Of a DNA stretch of 64,000 nt, positions 47,553 to 57,061 are shown in pieces; position 1 is the first letter of the stretch, and each line of letters begins with the position of its first letter. A program made the position numbers and the translations under genes. Below the pieces are notes generated by a model. It saw only the letters and a program-made list of their open reading frames with translations, had not been told where the DNA came from and searched no databases. The stretch is from a virus (Duplodnaviria; Caudoviricetes). The DNA lies in IMG/VR virus record IMGVR_UViG_3300047322_001193, positions 1,735 through 65,734 of that record. One strand, given 5' to 3'.

Positions 47553-48709
47553 GCGAGCCCATCCAGGAACCACTTCTTCCAGCGCGACGGCCACAACAGC
47601 TTCCAGTCGAGGTGCTCCACACTGCTGCGGCACATCGCCGGATCATGACCGTGACACAGCACGTTCTCGATCTCGACAGCGAAGTCGATGGGGCGGTAGA
47701 CGGGACGCAGGCAATTGTGGGGTGTATCGAGGCGCTCGGCGACAGGATCCACTAACCAGACGGTGTTGGGGATCAGCTCCGCAGCACCACCATACGATCC
47801 GGTAATGCACGGCACCCCGCACGCCAGCGACTCCACTACTGGATATCCGAACCCTTCACCCAGACTGGGCAGCATCGTCACGTCACATGCAGAGTAGTAG
47901 TAACTCAGCTCGGTATCGCTCAGCACCGACGACTGGGTGACAATCGTCCGGTTCTGCAGATCGAAGTCAGCGGCGAGTGCCTGGATATCCCAGCTCCTCA
48001 GCAGCGTATCGACATGCGCCCAGAAGATGAGATTGGGATGGGTCTCGCGCAGCTTCGCGATGGTTGCGAACGCCAGCCCCCAATCCTTACGTGCTTGGTT
48101 GGTCATGACGCAGCCGACCACCAGATCATCCGCACGCGCTCCGAGTGCCATCCGAGCGGCGACACGATCTCGCGGGGTGAAGACGTCCAGGTTCATTCCG
48201 TGCGGGATCCATTCCACTTCATTGCCGGTCGACTGCAGGACCACCTCAGCACCGAAGATGCCGTACGCCAGGGTGCGGTTATAGCCCGCCAGCGTCTGGC
48301 AGCTCATGGTTGTGAGCCGCTTCCCTACTCCATATGAGTCGATAGGAAAGTAGCCCCAGCGCTGAAATCTCCCTGACCGTAGGAACTCGCCCAGCGCGCC
48401 GTCAATACCGACAGGATTAGCGAACCAGTGCAGGCGGGAAGGATCCCAGATCGAGAAGATGATGCCCTTCTGCTCGCCTGCGAAATCCCGCCAGGTCGAC
48501 TCGATATAGCGCTCGCCCCACTGCGCCGATTCCGGGAAGTTGAGGTTCGGGAAGGGTAACTGGAATGAGCCGACGCCGCCTCGCCCAAGATACCCCACAC
48601 GGAACTGTGGCAACCCGGCAACGAGCGAAGCCAGGTCGCGCCCAATCCGTGCCAGTCCCGTGTGGAGGTTCGGGGAGTCGCCGAGGAAGAGTATGGGGAT
48701 CGGTTGCAT
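47549..48709 (-). CDS. GT4 (GT-B) glycosyltransferase
   Basis: NQARKD, PSLGEGFGYPVVESLACGVP. Confidence 0.92.
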   Translation of the reverse strand: MQPIPILFLGDSPNLHTGLARIGRDLASLVAGLPQFRVGYLGRGGVGSFQLPFPNLNFPESAQWGERYIESTWRDFAGEQKGIIFSIWDPSRLHWFANPVGIDGALGEFLRSGRFQRWGYFPIDSYGVGKRLTTMSCQTLAGYNRTLAYGIFGAEVVLQSTGNEVEWIPHGMNLDVFTPRDRVAARMALGARADDLVVGCVMTNQARKDWGLAFATIAKLRETHPNLIFWAHVDTLLRSWDIQALAADFDLQNRTIVTQSSVLSDTELSYYYSACDVTMLPSLGEGFGYPVVESLACGVPCITGSYGGAAELIPNTVWLVDPVAERLDTPHNCLRPVYRPIDFAVEIENVLCHGHDPAMCRSSVEHLDWKLLWPSRWKKWFLDGLA

Positions 48710-49074
48710 CAGTCTGCACCTTTCATTTCAGTAACGGACACATACGGTGCGCCGGGCTCACGGGGTGTAGTGGCCGCCTCAATCGTCTTGACCGGCACGC
48801 CCAGTTCAACGAGCCGCTCTTTACTCAGCCGCCCACCCTTACCCGAATAACCCAGCGTGATACGATGGAAGCCGAATTTGACGCTCTTGACGTCTGCGGT
48901 CGCCAGCATGGCACCGATCTCCAGGTTCAGCTCCGCGAGTTCGGACTCGATAGCGTCCTGCTGATACTTGAGTTCGATACGCCGCGCTGCCAGCTTCTCG
49001 AAGTCGTTCTGGACGAGATATTGCGACTCGGACCATTCCGGTGCTGGCGGCTGAGAATTCGGTACAAATGGCAT
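48709..49074 (-). CDS. Hypothetical coiled-coil protein
   Basis: GAGG RBS; first gene coupled to cassette. Confidence 0.7.
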   Translation of the reverse strand: MPFVPNSQPPAPEWSESQYLVQNDFEKLAARRIELKYQQDAIESELAELNLEIGAMLATADVKSVKFGFHRITLGYSGKGGRLSKERLVELGVPVKTIEAATTPREPGAPYVSVTEMKGAD

Positions 49075-49190
49075 AACATTCCTCGACTACAGTGTAGTGG
49101 CCAATTCGGTGCGTGTGGGTGGTAGTGTAGGCGTGGTGTGGTATCAACACAAGACACAAAATGTAGTCGGGTGTGGTCGTGTCCGACACA

Positions 49191-51983
49191 TCATTTGAGC
49201 CCACCCCAGGTCTTTGCGAACGCACCCTTCGCACCAATCGGGATCATCAGCTTCACCGCTTCCTGCAGTTCGTTGCGGATGAGAACATCAGCGACATCAG
49301 CGATATCTTCGTCCATCTCGAAGATTAGCTCGTCGTGAATTTGTAGTATCGGCTCGATGTAATGGCTCTCACTCCACAACTGCGGCAGCACACGCTCCCA
49401 GATCCCTTTCATGCCGAATTTGAAGATCTCCTGCGCTGTGGTCTGGATGTCGTGATTGAGACAGACACGTTCCGTCTCCGATCTCAAACGGTTGTTGAAG
49501 GAATTCATCGCGGGCAGGTATCGAATGCGCCCGAACATCGAACGCACATACGCATTCTGACGGGCTTCGGACTTCTTCTCTTCCATCAACCGGCGCACGC
49601 CAGGATAGGCGTCGACCAGGTACGCATCGATCATCGCTTTGCACTCAACTTCACTGCGGTCGATCCCCCGCAGCTTCATCTGTCCCTGAAGCCCCTGCGA
49701 GGTGAGGCCGTAGACAATGCCGAAGCCGATACTCTTCGCACTGTCCCGTTGCCAGGTGCCTTTGCCGACCTGATCCATAGGGAGTCCGAACACGAGAGAT
49801 GCAGTCTTCTGGTGAATGTCCTCGCCTGAGAGGAAGATGTTGATCAGTGTCGGGTCTTCACTTCGATGCGCCAGCACTCGCATCTCGATCTGATCGAGAT
49901 CCCAGGAGCCCAGCACACACCCGTCTTTGGCGACGAAGCCGTCACGGATCGCTTTGCCCAGCTTCTTGCCACCCACTTCACGTTGCGAGCGGGCTGGGAT
50001 TGCCATCAGGTTAGGTTCGCTGCATGCCAACCGTCCACTCGGTACGCCGGTGATGCGGAGTTTGGGGTGGATCCGCCCGTCCTGCTTCATCCACTTGCCG
50101 AGCCTGTCGGTGTAAGTTCCCTTCATCTTCGACAGCTCGCGGTAGTCAGCGATCAGTGCCAGCACGGGATTGTTATCGAGCATCCGCAACGCTTCGATAG
50201 TGGTGTCATCAGTAGAGGGTTGCTTCGAGTCAGGGTTGTAACGCTGGACCGGCATCTTCAGGACGCTGAACAGAAGGTTCGCGACCTGGAGGGGTGAATT
50301 GGGATTGAGATCGTAGCCGATCTCTTTACGGATCTGCGCCAGACACGCCTTCTTCTCAATTTCGAGGTCACGCCCGAGCTCTTTGAAGTACTCCGCGTCG
50401 ACCTTGAAACCGATGTGCATCATGCGGTCGACCATCGGAATGACCGCGATGTCGAGGTTGTACGCGTCGGTGAGCCCCATATCTTCGATGCGCTGCTTGA
50501 GAATGGGATAGATCACCCAGGTATCGTCGGCATCACCAGCGGAATAGTTGGTCGCCTTCTTACGCCCCTCCGGACCAAACACCGTTTCGAGCGCATCCAG
50601 GCCCGCTTCCGGCATCGCACCAAACATCAGCGCCGCTGCACCGGTCTGGTCGGGCAGATCCTCCTCGACATCCTCCCAACGCTTACGAGGGTCTTTGGCG
50701 GTCTTGGGATCCGGGAAGAGGTGAATGATATCGGGCGGCGCATTCGCACCAGTGAGCGCGGCGTAGGCTTTGCGCGGGGTTCGACACTCGATCCAACCAG
50801 TACGTGTCTTGTTGTACCTGCCGACCGTGATGCCGAGTGCGGTCAGCTCCTTCTTCAGCGCCGTCATCTCTTTCTTGTCACGAGTGCGAGTGCTCAGAAT
50901 CTCGCCCTTGTGCACGCCGAGAATCCCTTCAATGCGCCGGTTCAGCGACTGCGGGCTATAGATCCTGGGCTCCTCATCCTCGAAGTACAACTCCTCCGCA
51001 CTCGGACCCCAGTCGTGATCGGCAATCTTCTCCAGCCAATCCAGCGCCAGCTCGCGACTCGCGGGGCCGATCACTTCCAGGTAACTCTCACGCCGCAGCC
51101 CACGGTGCTGGTATGCCAGTTCCTTGAGCCCAACCACCGAGACGCGGAGCAAGGACGCCATCACCATCGTGTCGTCGAAGTTGGTGACCGTGACCTGCAT
51201 GTCTCGGAGTACTGCCAGATCGTGAAGGGAGTTGTGCAGGATCACGCGGGAGTGCTCGATTTGACGCCGGAACTCGAAGAGCGGGACACGATCATTCACC
51301 CGGATAACGTGAGCGCGCCGCGGCTGGTTCGAGAAGGAGAGCCCCCAGGGGTTGCCCTTCAGACCTTCCGTATCGACTGCTATGAGTGGTGGGTGATGCA
51401 GCCAGTCCACATCACTGGTCGAGGTCGCTTCCAGATAGATGTAGGTAGCGTCGGGAGATTCCCACACCGGCGGCAGCAGCTCACCTTCCAGAACCTTACG
51501 TGCTTGGTCAAAGGCGTACCAGATCTGTGGCTGCAGGTCCGGCTCGTACATGCGCAGGTGGTTCGGGATCACAATTGCCGGGCGGATCAGTTCAGGTGAG
51601 GTGAAGTAGTGGGGCAGTCCGATCACTTCACCCAGATCCACATCCTTACCCAGGAATCGTTGGGTGGGCATACGCCCCAGCGTCATGATGACTTCGGGCT
51701 GGCACATCGAGAGCTGGAAAGAGAGCTCCTCCTCATCGATGTCCTTCTCAGTGATTCCAGAACGGTTCTCCACCACTTTCAGGCAGAGGTTGGTGAGGAA
51801 GACCCGCTGACGACTCCAGCCCAGCACCCAGCGCAGATAGCGGGTCAGCTCGTTGCCCGTAACGGCTCGCGGGTGGAATGGTACGCCCGTCTTCGATTCC
51901 ACTTCACCAGGATGTTCACCGATGATGAGCAGGCGAGCGGGCCAGGGTCCTTGACCTGGAACGATGCTGAATGTGCCACTCAT
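49191..51983 (-). CDS. polA: Family A DNA polymerase with N-terminal uracil-DNA-glycosylase-like domain and 3'-5' exonuclease
   Basis: IGEHPG (UDG family 4-like); DTE, HNSLHD, YSAGDA exo motifs; DLDQIEMR, RDSAKSIGFGIVYG, QIHDE pol motifs. Confidence 0.93.
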   Translation of the reverse strand: MSGTFSIVPGQGPWPARLLIIGEHPGEVESKTGVPFHPRAVTGNELTRYLRWVLGWSRQRVFLTNLCLKVVENRSGITEKDIDEEELSFQLSMCQPEVIMTLGRMPTQRFLGKDVDLGEVIGLPHYFTSPELIRPAIVIPNHLRMYEPDLQPQIWYAFDQARKVLEGELLPPVWESPDATYIYLEATSTSDVDWLHHPPLIAVDTEGLKGNPWGLSFSNQPRRAHVIRVNDRVPLFEFRRQIEHSRVILHNSLHDLAVLRDMQVTVTNFDDTMVMASLLRVSVVGLKELAYQHRGLRRESYLEVIGPASRELALDWLEKIADHDWGPSAEELYFEDEEPRIYSPQSLNRRIEGILGVHKGEILSTRTRDKKEMTALKKELTALGITVGRYNKTRTGWIECRTPRKAYAALTGANAPPDIIHLFPDPKTAKDPRKRWEDVEEDLPDQTGAAALMFGAMPEAGLDALETVFGPEGRKKATNYSAGDADDTWVIYPILKQRIEDMGLTDAYNLDIAVIPMVDRMMHIGFKVDAEYFKELGRDLEIEKKACLAQIRKEIGYDLNPNSPLQVANLLFSVLKMPVQRYNPDSKQPSTDDTTIEALRMLDNNPVLALIADYRELSKMKGTYTDRLGKWMKQDGRIHPKLRITGVPSGRLACSEPNLMAIPARSQREVGGKKLGKAIRDGFVAKDGCVLGSWDLDQIEMRVLAHRSEDPTLINIFLSGEDIHQKTASLVFGLPMDQVGKGTWQRDSAKSIGFGIVYGLTSQGLQGQMKLRGIDRSEVECKAMIDAYLVDAYPGVRRLMEEKKSEARQNAYVRSMFGRIRYLPAMNSFNNRLRSETERVCLNHDIQTTAQEIFKFGMKGIWERVLPQLWSESHYIEPILQIHDELIFEMDEDIADVADVLIRNELQEAVKLMIPIGAKGAFAKTWGGLK

Positions 51984-52711
51984 GATCGCTTCTGCTTCCA
52001 GATCTCTTCCACTACACCCGCCGCGATGCCTTTGCCGATGCCGGTGATCTTGCGCCACTCCTCGACAGGCGCGAGGATCATGTCGACCACACTCGTGTAG
52101 TGTTGCTCGACAGCTTGAGCACGCTTCCAGCCGACGCCTTTCAACTGTGCCGCCATGCGTCGGAGTAGTGATGTGGGTAGGAGTGGCGGCTCGCCCGAGT
52201 AGTCGAACGCGCAGCCAGAGCGGTGTTCATCGAACGTCTTGTCGGTCCACCAATGGTGAAGATTCGAGATGCAGCGCGCCGTCTCGTTCTGGTCGTAGGT
52301 GCGCCGCACATGGACGTTGTAGCGATTCTCCATGGTGGTCAGAAACCCGTCGAGATCGCGATACATCCAGCGTTTGGCACCGAACTCGGCACTGCGCCAG
52401 CCGCTCTTACCTGGCACCTGCAGCACACCGGTTTGTGGATCCGGGCGATAGCGACCCTCCACCACGAGATAGACGCGGTGATAGTCGCGCAGCAGTCCCG
52501 GGAGTTGATGGCCTGCGAATCTCCCGTCCACCATCGAGCACAGCATGTCGGCGAGCGCTTTCCTCTCGACACCGATCATCAGCGGGACGCCTTCCGGGCC
52601 ATTTCCCAGGAACATCGCGTCACCGAACTGCAATCGGCTCAATTTGGCCTGCTGTGGGGTGAAGAACCGCATCAGCTCGCGACTTCCGACTCTGTCGTCC
52701 AACAAGATCAT
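51980..52711 (-). CDS. ERCC4-domain nuclease with HhH
   Basis: LDDR, GD, VERK, VVEG; ITGIGKG HhH. Confidence 0.85.
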   Translation of the reverse strand: MILLDDRVGSRELMRFFTPQQAKLSRLQFGDAMFLGNGPEGVPLMIGVERKALADMLCSMVDGRFAGHQLPGLLRDYHRVYLVVEGRYRPDPQTGVLQVPGKSGWRSAEFGAKRWMYRDLDGFLTTMENRYNVHVRRTYDQNETARCISNLHHWWTDKTFDEHRSGCAFDYSGEPPLLPTSLLRRMAAQLKGVGWKRAQAVEQHYTSVVDMILAPVEEWRKITGIGKGIAAGVVEEIWKQKRS

Positions 52712-52871
52712 TTCGTTTCTTCCAAGGTCGAGCGAGGCGCTCATGGGTTGAGAATCTCCGGCCACATTTCACACAGCGACGGTTGCGCCAGATGCGGCGA
52801 CCGTTATCGACGGGACGCGAATCGATGACGCGGGCGACGCCGTCACACTTGGGATCGGCGCAGCGCATCAT
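52620..52871 (-). CDS. NrdR-like zinc-ribbon protein
   Basis: C..PKC...RVIDSR...RRCVKCGRRFSTHE. Confidence 0.7.
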   Translation of the reverse strand: MMRCADPKCDGVARVIDSRPVDNGRRIWRNRRCVKCGRRFSTHERLARPWKKRNDLVGRQSRKSRADAVLHPTAGQIEPIAVR

Positions 52872-53686
52872 GATTCCCAGTCCTCGACATTGGAGCCGGG
52901 GAACACATCCGCAGCCAGGTATGGGAAGGCGTTGGTGCGCAGCGGCCCGATCTGGCTGTATACCCGATGTGTGATGAGCGGGTTCTGGGTGCACTTCAGC
53001 ACTTTGGCCTGGAACGGTGAGTCGGTATCTTCGGGGTTGAAGTAGGTCTGCACAATTACCTGGCAGGCAAACCCGATATCACTGAACCCCGCCCGCTCTT
53101 TCTTGCCGGTGCGCCTGCCCTTCTCGGTGCCGGTCTTGGCATCGGTGTAGTTCTGCCACTCGTCCTTCAGCCGATGGATCATGATCAGGTTGGTGTCGGA
53201 GTCGAAAGCGGCGCGGATGAGTCGCCTGAACCCGTTATTCACTGCAACGTAGTGATGCGGCATCACATTCGTCAGCTTGCCGAACGCCTCTAATCGTGTC
53301 TGCTCCCAGATCTCGGTGGCGGTGTCCCACACGATGGTGCGGATCTCGGTACTGCGAACGGCGTGATCGTAATCCTTGCGGAATGTCGTCATCACCTGCT
53401 CTGCCAGCAGCTGCGCTTTCGGGTCGTTGGAATCAGGGATGTCGTAGTCGAGCTGGTAGATCTTCTTCTTCGTCGCGAATTGTTTGAGCGTGAACTCGGT
53501 ATTGAGATCGAATTTGAAGAACGCAATCGGACCGGGCGCTGTCAATGCGAGATCGGTCTTGCCGGTGCCCCAATCGCCTTCTATCGACATCACCATGCGA
53601 CGTTTGATGGTGGAGTCGACCAGTTTGAAGTTAGGCGGTAATTGACCAGTAATGGGTAGAGTAGATTGTGTCGTCTGAATGGGCAT
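52868..53686 (-). CDS. P-loop ATPase (AAA_24 / Sak4-like)
   Basis: GDWGTGKT Walker A; IVWDT Walker B. Confidence 0.8.
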   Translation of the reverse strand: MPIQTTQSTLPITGQLPPNFKLVDSTIKRRMVMSIEGDWGTGKTDLALTAPGPIAFFKFDLNTEFTLKQFATKKKIYQLDYDIPDSNDPKAQLLAEQVMTTFRKDYDHAVRSTEIRTIVWDTATEIWEQTRLEAFGKLTNVMPHHYVAVNNGFRRLIRAAFDSDTNLIMIHRLKDEWQNYTDAKTGTEKGRRTGKKERAGFSDIGFACQVIVQTYFNPEDTDSPFQAKVLKCTQNPLITHRVYSQIGPLRTNAFPYLAADVFPGSNVEDWES

Positions 53687-53698
53687 CTGAATCTCCTT

Positions 53699-54280
53699 CT
53701 ATAACCAGCCTTCAGCACGTGCGTGGTTGACACACATCTGAAAGGCGTCATCGACTTCTTGTTGTGTGAATTGGAATTGATAGGCGCGGATCTGTGGCCC
53801 GGACCCTTTCCAGTCACCGACGATGAACCAGACCCGTAATCGTGCGGTGAGGGTCGCCAGCGCCTTGCAGTAGCACTTCATCTGCACATGCCAGTGCCAG
53901 AAATAGCTGGTGTCGTCGATCTCGTGGGATGACGACACGTACGTTGCTTTGTATTCTTCGAGCGCGTAATCGGACAGGTCAATGGCGTCGGGTGACATCG
54001 CGATCCCTGACAGATACAGCTCGCCGGGCCTGACCAGCACGCCATCCGACTTCTTGACTGCTGTGTCGCGGAAGACCTCACTCAAGAAGCGCTCCCACAT
54101 GAATCCCATCGAGAAGTACCCCTGACGTGTCTGGTTATCAGTGTCGGGGTAGCGTTTGCCATGGATCGACTTGTCGATGGCCGAGATGATCTGACCGAGG
54201 TGAAGCCCGGTAGAACGTGGGGTATCGGCTTCACTGTAATCTTCAGCGACGATCTCGAACGGGATGGGCGCGACGATCAC
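53699..54280 (-). CDS. PD-(D/E)XK exonuclease
   Basis: SPDAID...EEYKAT...QMKCY. Confidence 0.8.
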   Translation of the reverse strand: MIVAPIPFEIVAEDYSEADTPRSTGLHLGQIISAIDKSIHGKRYPDTDNQTRQGYFSMGFMWERFLSEVFRDTAVKKSDGVLVRPGELYLSGIAMSPDAIDLSDYALEEYKATYVSSSHEIDDTSYFWHWHVQMKCYCKALATLTARLRVWFIVGDWKGSGPQIRAYQFQFTQQEVDDAFQMCVNHARAEGWL

Positions 54281-54459
54281 GATTCCACCTCCGGTTCGAT
54301 ACCGTCACCACCGTCAACGACCTGGATTCCTTCCAGCTTGCAGGAGATGCAGCACTGTGTCTTCGCGACGTAACAGCACAGACCGATGAGATCCTTACAG
54401 ATCGGACACGGGGCCACTTCCCGCGTGAACTCACCACAGATGCTGCAATATCCCTGCAT
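54277..54459 (-). CDS. Small Cys-rich zinc-finger protein
   Basis: GGAGG RBS; CSIC, CPIC, CC, CCISC. Confidence 0.65.
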   Translation of the reverse strand: MQGYCSICGEFTREVAPCPICKDLIGLCCYVAKTQCCISCKLEGIQVVDGGDGIEPEVES

Positions 54460-54468
54460 GCCTGCCTC

Positions 54469-55254
54469 CTATGCGCCTGCGTAGACGATGCTTCCGTTCG
54501 CGGCGTCGTAGAACACACCACGCTCCACCAACGACCCGAGGAACGCGTCCTGGATCAGTATCTGCAGGATCGGCGAACGGTTGGCGTCGGCGGGAAGCTG
54601 GTTGAACACGGCAGTGGCGAGCGTCTTCTTGTCGAGCGTCTTGTCGGGTGCAGCCTTGAGTGCGATCACCAGAGCGTTTGCGGCTGCGGGTTCGAGAGCG
54701 CTATCGACTGCCGCCTGAGACCCATTCGCGCCTTTCGCCTTGCTCGCGGGTGCGCCCTTGCTCGCGACAGCGACGCCCATGGCCTGCAGGTTGTGGATCT
54801 TCGCGACCACCGCCAGCGCCTTCTTCTCCATCTTCTTGTTCCCGATCTGGCGCTCTTTGGTGGCCTCGTGCATGATGTCGACATCCAGCCCCATCAGGAG
54901 CGTGATGTCGTTGCCGAGCTTGTCTTCCGGGAAGTTCGCGTTCACGAGTGCGTGAAGGAACTGGAAGAGGTTGGTGCCGTCGTTCAGACCACCAGAGCTG
55001 CCGACCTTGCGCAGCCGCTTGCCGTCTTCGCTGGGGGTGAGGTTCTTGATATCGCCAGCCGAGTAGTACTGGGTATAGGTGCTGTCGTCGGTGCCCTTGT
55101 ATTCGACACCGAGCGCAGGTACTGCATTCGGCTGCGTGCCGTTGTAGTCCCACAACGTGAACTTGGCTTCGAGGATCTTGTAGCGGCCTTCCGGCACCAT
55201 ACCGCCGCCGTGGATCGCATCGCTGGGCTTCAGACTTACATATTCATCAGACAT
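54469..55254 (-). CDS. Putative single-stranded DNA-binding protein
   Basis: VPEGRYKI N-terminus; position in replication module; AGGAG RBS. Confidence 0.55.
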   Translation of the reverse strand: MSDEYVSLKPSDAIHGGGMVPEGRYKILEAKFTLWDYNGTQPNAVPALGVEYKGTDDSTYTQYYSAGDIKNLTPSEDGKRLRKVGSSGGLNDGTNLFQFLHALVNANFPEDKLGNDITLLMGLDVDIMHEATKERQIGNKKMEKKALAVVAKIHNLQAMGVAVASKGAPASKAKGANGSQAAVDSALEPAAANALVIALKAAPDKTLDKKTLATAVFNQLPADANRSPILQILIQDAFLGSLVERGVFYDAANGSIVYAGA

Positions 55255-56881
55255 GATTGGAATCTCCTATGTTGAGTTTGGGAAGCGGGTCAGAGAGCGT
55301 GAGATCGGAACGAACAGCGGCCTGGAACCAGCGCGGCGCGAATTTGCGGTGTCTGCGCCAGAACCAGGTCCACTGGTCGTCGATGATGAACACTTCGCAC
55401 TGGTCGTCTGCAGAGCGCATGCCACGGCCACTGGCCTGCACAATCGTCTGCATGGCGACATACGGACCGTAGTCGGCGTCCTGCTCACTGCGGGCTTTGG
55501 TGATCGAGGAACGGGTATCAGGAAAGGGAATCTTCGCGATGATGGCGTACTCGCACTCTTCAAACGGCAGATCCCATCCGGTTGTCATTGACGGGCTGAC
55601 CAACACTGCGGGCGGATCGGCGCGTCGGAACTTCTCGACGACGGTACGTGTATTGGTGCCGTCGTGAACGTGCATGATGGAGCGGTTGCGCGAGAGCGAG
55701 AACAGCAGGTTGCGCCGCGCATAGGATGTGGTGTGGATGACACCCTTCCTGTCCTCGCGCCTGTCGATGATCTGGTCGATACGGTTCACCCAGGTGCGCT
55801 GCTCCACATCGGTCCACTTGTGATGACAGCGCACTGATGGGACGTAGATCACCGGGCGGCGCGAGACAGGAAACGTGCTGGGATACTCGAAGAACTGGAA
55901 GTCCTCTTTCTTCACACCCAGATATTCCAGCGTCTTCTCCTTGATCGTGGCCGACACCAGCACCACTCGCGGGATATTCAGAAAGAGGTACTTCTCCGCG
56001 TACGGTGCTGCCCAGACGGGCGCGATCCTGACACGCTTCGGTTCGCGTTCCACCACCCAGACGCCTTCCATCTGCGCGATCACTTGAATGCGTTTCAGCA
56101 GGCTCTTCAGCGTGTGTGCCTCCCGCAACAACGCCGTCTCCGGGTGATCGCCGGAATCGCGAGCGGCCTTGATCTGATCATCGAGAGACGCGACACGGTA
56201 CTGGGTGACAGCACAAACTTCCTGCGCCCAGCGCTTCCATACGAGCGGGTCTTCACCGGCAGGCATGTGGCGACCGAGAATGGTCTCGACGTCAAAGTCG
56301 TTGAGTTCCACTTCCATCGAAGAAGCCAGTTCGTCGGGTGCGTTGTGCGCTTCATCCATCACCAGCAGATCGAACTTGCCGAGTCCATCAGAGTAGCGGT
56401 GCTGTGCGATCCAATAGGTGTAGTTGGTGACGACCAGCTTCGCGGATCGCGCCGCCATGACAGCATCGAAGTAATAGCAGCCGCCTTTACGCAGACTGCA
56501 CAGCGCACCGGCATGACAGGGACCGGCATCGCAGTTCTCACTACCCGACAGGCCCTGACCCCGAAACTCGCCGCCGAACTTGAGCGCCTTGCACGGGTAG
56601 TTGTTCTGGCCGCGCACGTCGACCAGACCGCACTCGGCGAAATCCTGAACGAGTTGGGTTTGTAGACCTTTGGTGGAAGTGAGGATTGCCGTGCGTTTGC
56701 CGGTGAGGATGGCCTGGACGATGTACATCACCGTCTTGCCGAAACCGGTAGGAGCGTTCGGAACCGCAAATCTCTTATCGCAGTCGATGAGGGCGAGTAC
56801 GGCGCGATCCTGAGATGGACGCCAGCCGACGAACTTATCCGGGAGTCCGAGAAGTGCCGGGTCGGGAAGGAGGAGGCTCAT
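55247..56881 (-). CDS. DinG/XPD-family helicase
   Basis: APTGFGKT, DEAH, Fe-S Cys cluster, QASGRGMR. Confidence 0.9.
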   Translation of the reverse strand: MSLLLPDPALLGLPDKFVGWRPSQDRAVLALIDCDKRFAVPNAPTGFGKTVMYIVQAILTGKRTAILTSTKGLQTQLVQDFAECGLVDVRGQNNYPCKALKFGGEFRGQGLSGSENCDAGPCHAGALCSLRKGGCYYFDAVMAARSAKLVVTNYTYWIAQHRYSDGLGKFDLLVMDEAHNAPDELASSMEVELNDFDVETILGRHMPAGEDPLVWKRWAQEVCAVTQYRVASLDDQIKAARDSGDHPETALLREAHTLKSLLKRIQVIAQMEGVWVVEREPKRVRIAPVWAAPYAEKYLFLNIPRVVLVSATIKEKTLEYLGVKKEDFQFFEYPSTFPVSRRPVIYVPSVRCHHKWTDVEQRTWVNRIDQIIDRREDRKGVIHTTSYARRNLLFSLSRNRSIMHVHDGTNTRTVVEKFRRADPPAVLVSPSMTTGWDLPFEECEYAIIAKIPFPDTRSSITKARSEQDADYGPYVAMQTIVQASGRGMRSADDQCEVFIIDDQWTWFWRRHRKFAPRWFQAAVRSDLTLSDPLPKLNIGDSNHV

Positions 56882-56882
56882 G

Positions 56883-56956
56883 ACATGCGCACATGCGCAC
56901 ATCTGCACATGCCCCCTTGTACCCTTACCCCCCTACCCCCTACCCCCCTAACCCCC
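56883..56956 (-). repeat. ACATGCGC tandem repeats plus six G-tracts (G-quadruplex motif)
   Basis: - strand GGGGGTTAGGGGGGTAGGGGGTAGGGGGGTAAGGGTACAAGGGGG. Confidence 0.8.
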
Positions 56957-57061
56957 ATACCGCGAAGCGCACATACGCCCCGGTCATGCGCACATTCGCA
57001 GCACCTCAAAACGAGTGTGTCCAAGATATAAGAAGGAGAGTATGAGAGGAAACATTGCATC

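Noticed and set aside
40545-48709. Captured host LPS/capsule locus or gtr-type serotype-conversion cassette
   Set aside because: No flippase, polymerase, membrane GT or sugar-synthesis genes; coupled directly to phage xis
53699-56881. Type IV CRISPR-like DinG plus Cas4 module
   Set aside because: No array or csf genes; both genes sit in a phage replication operon
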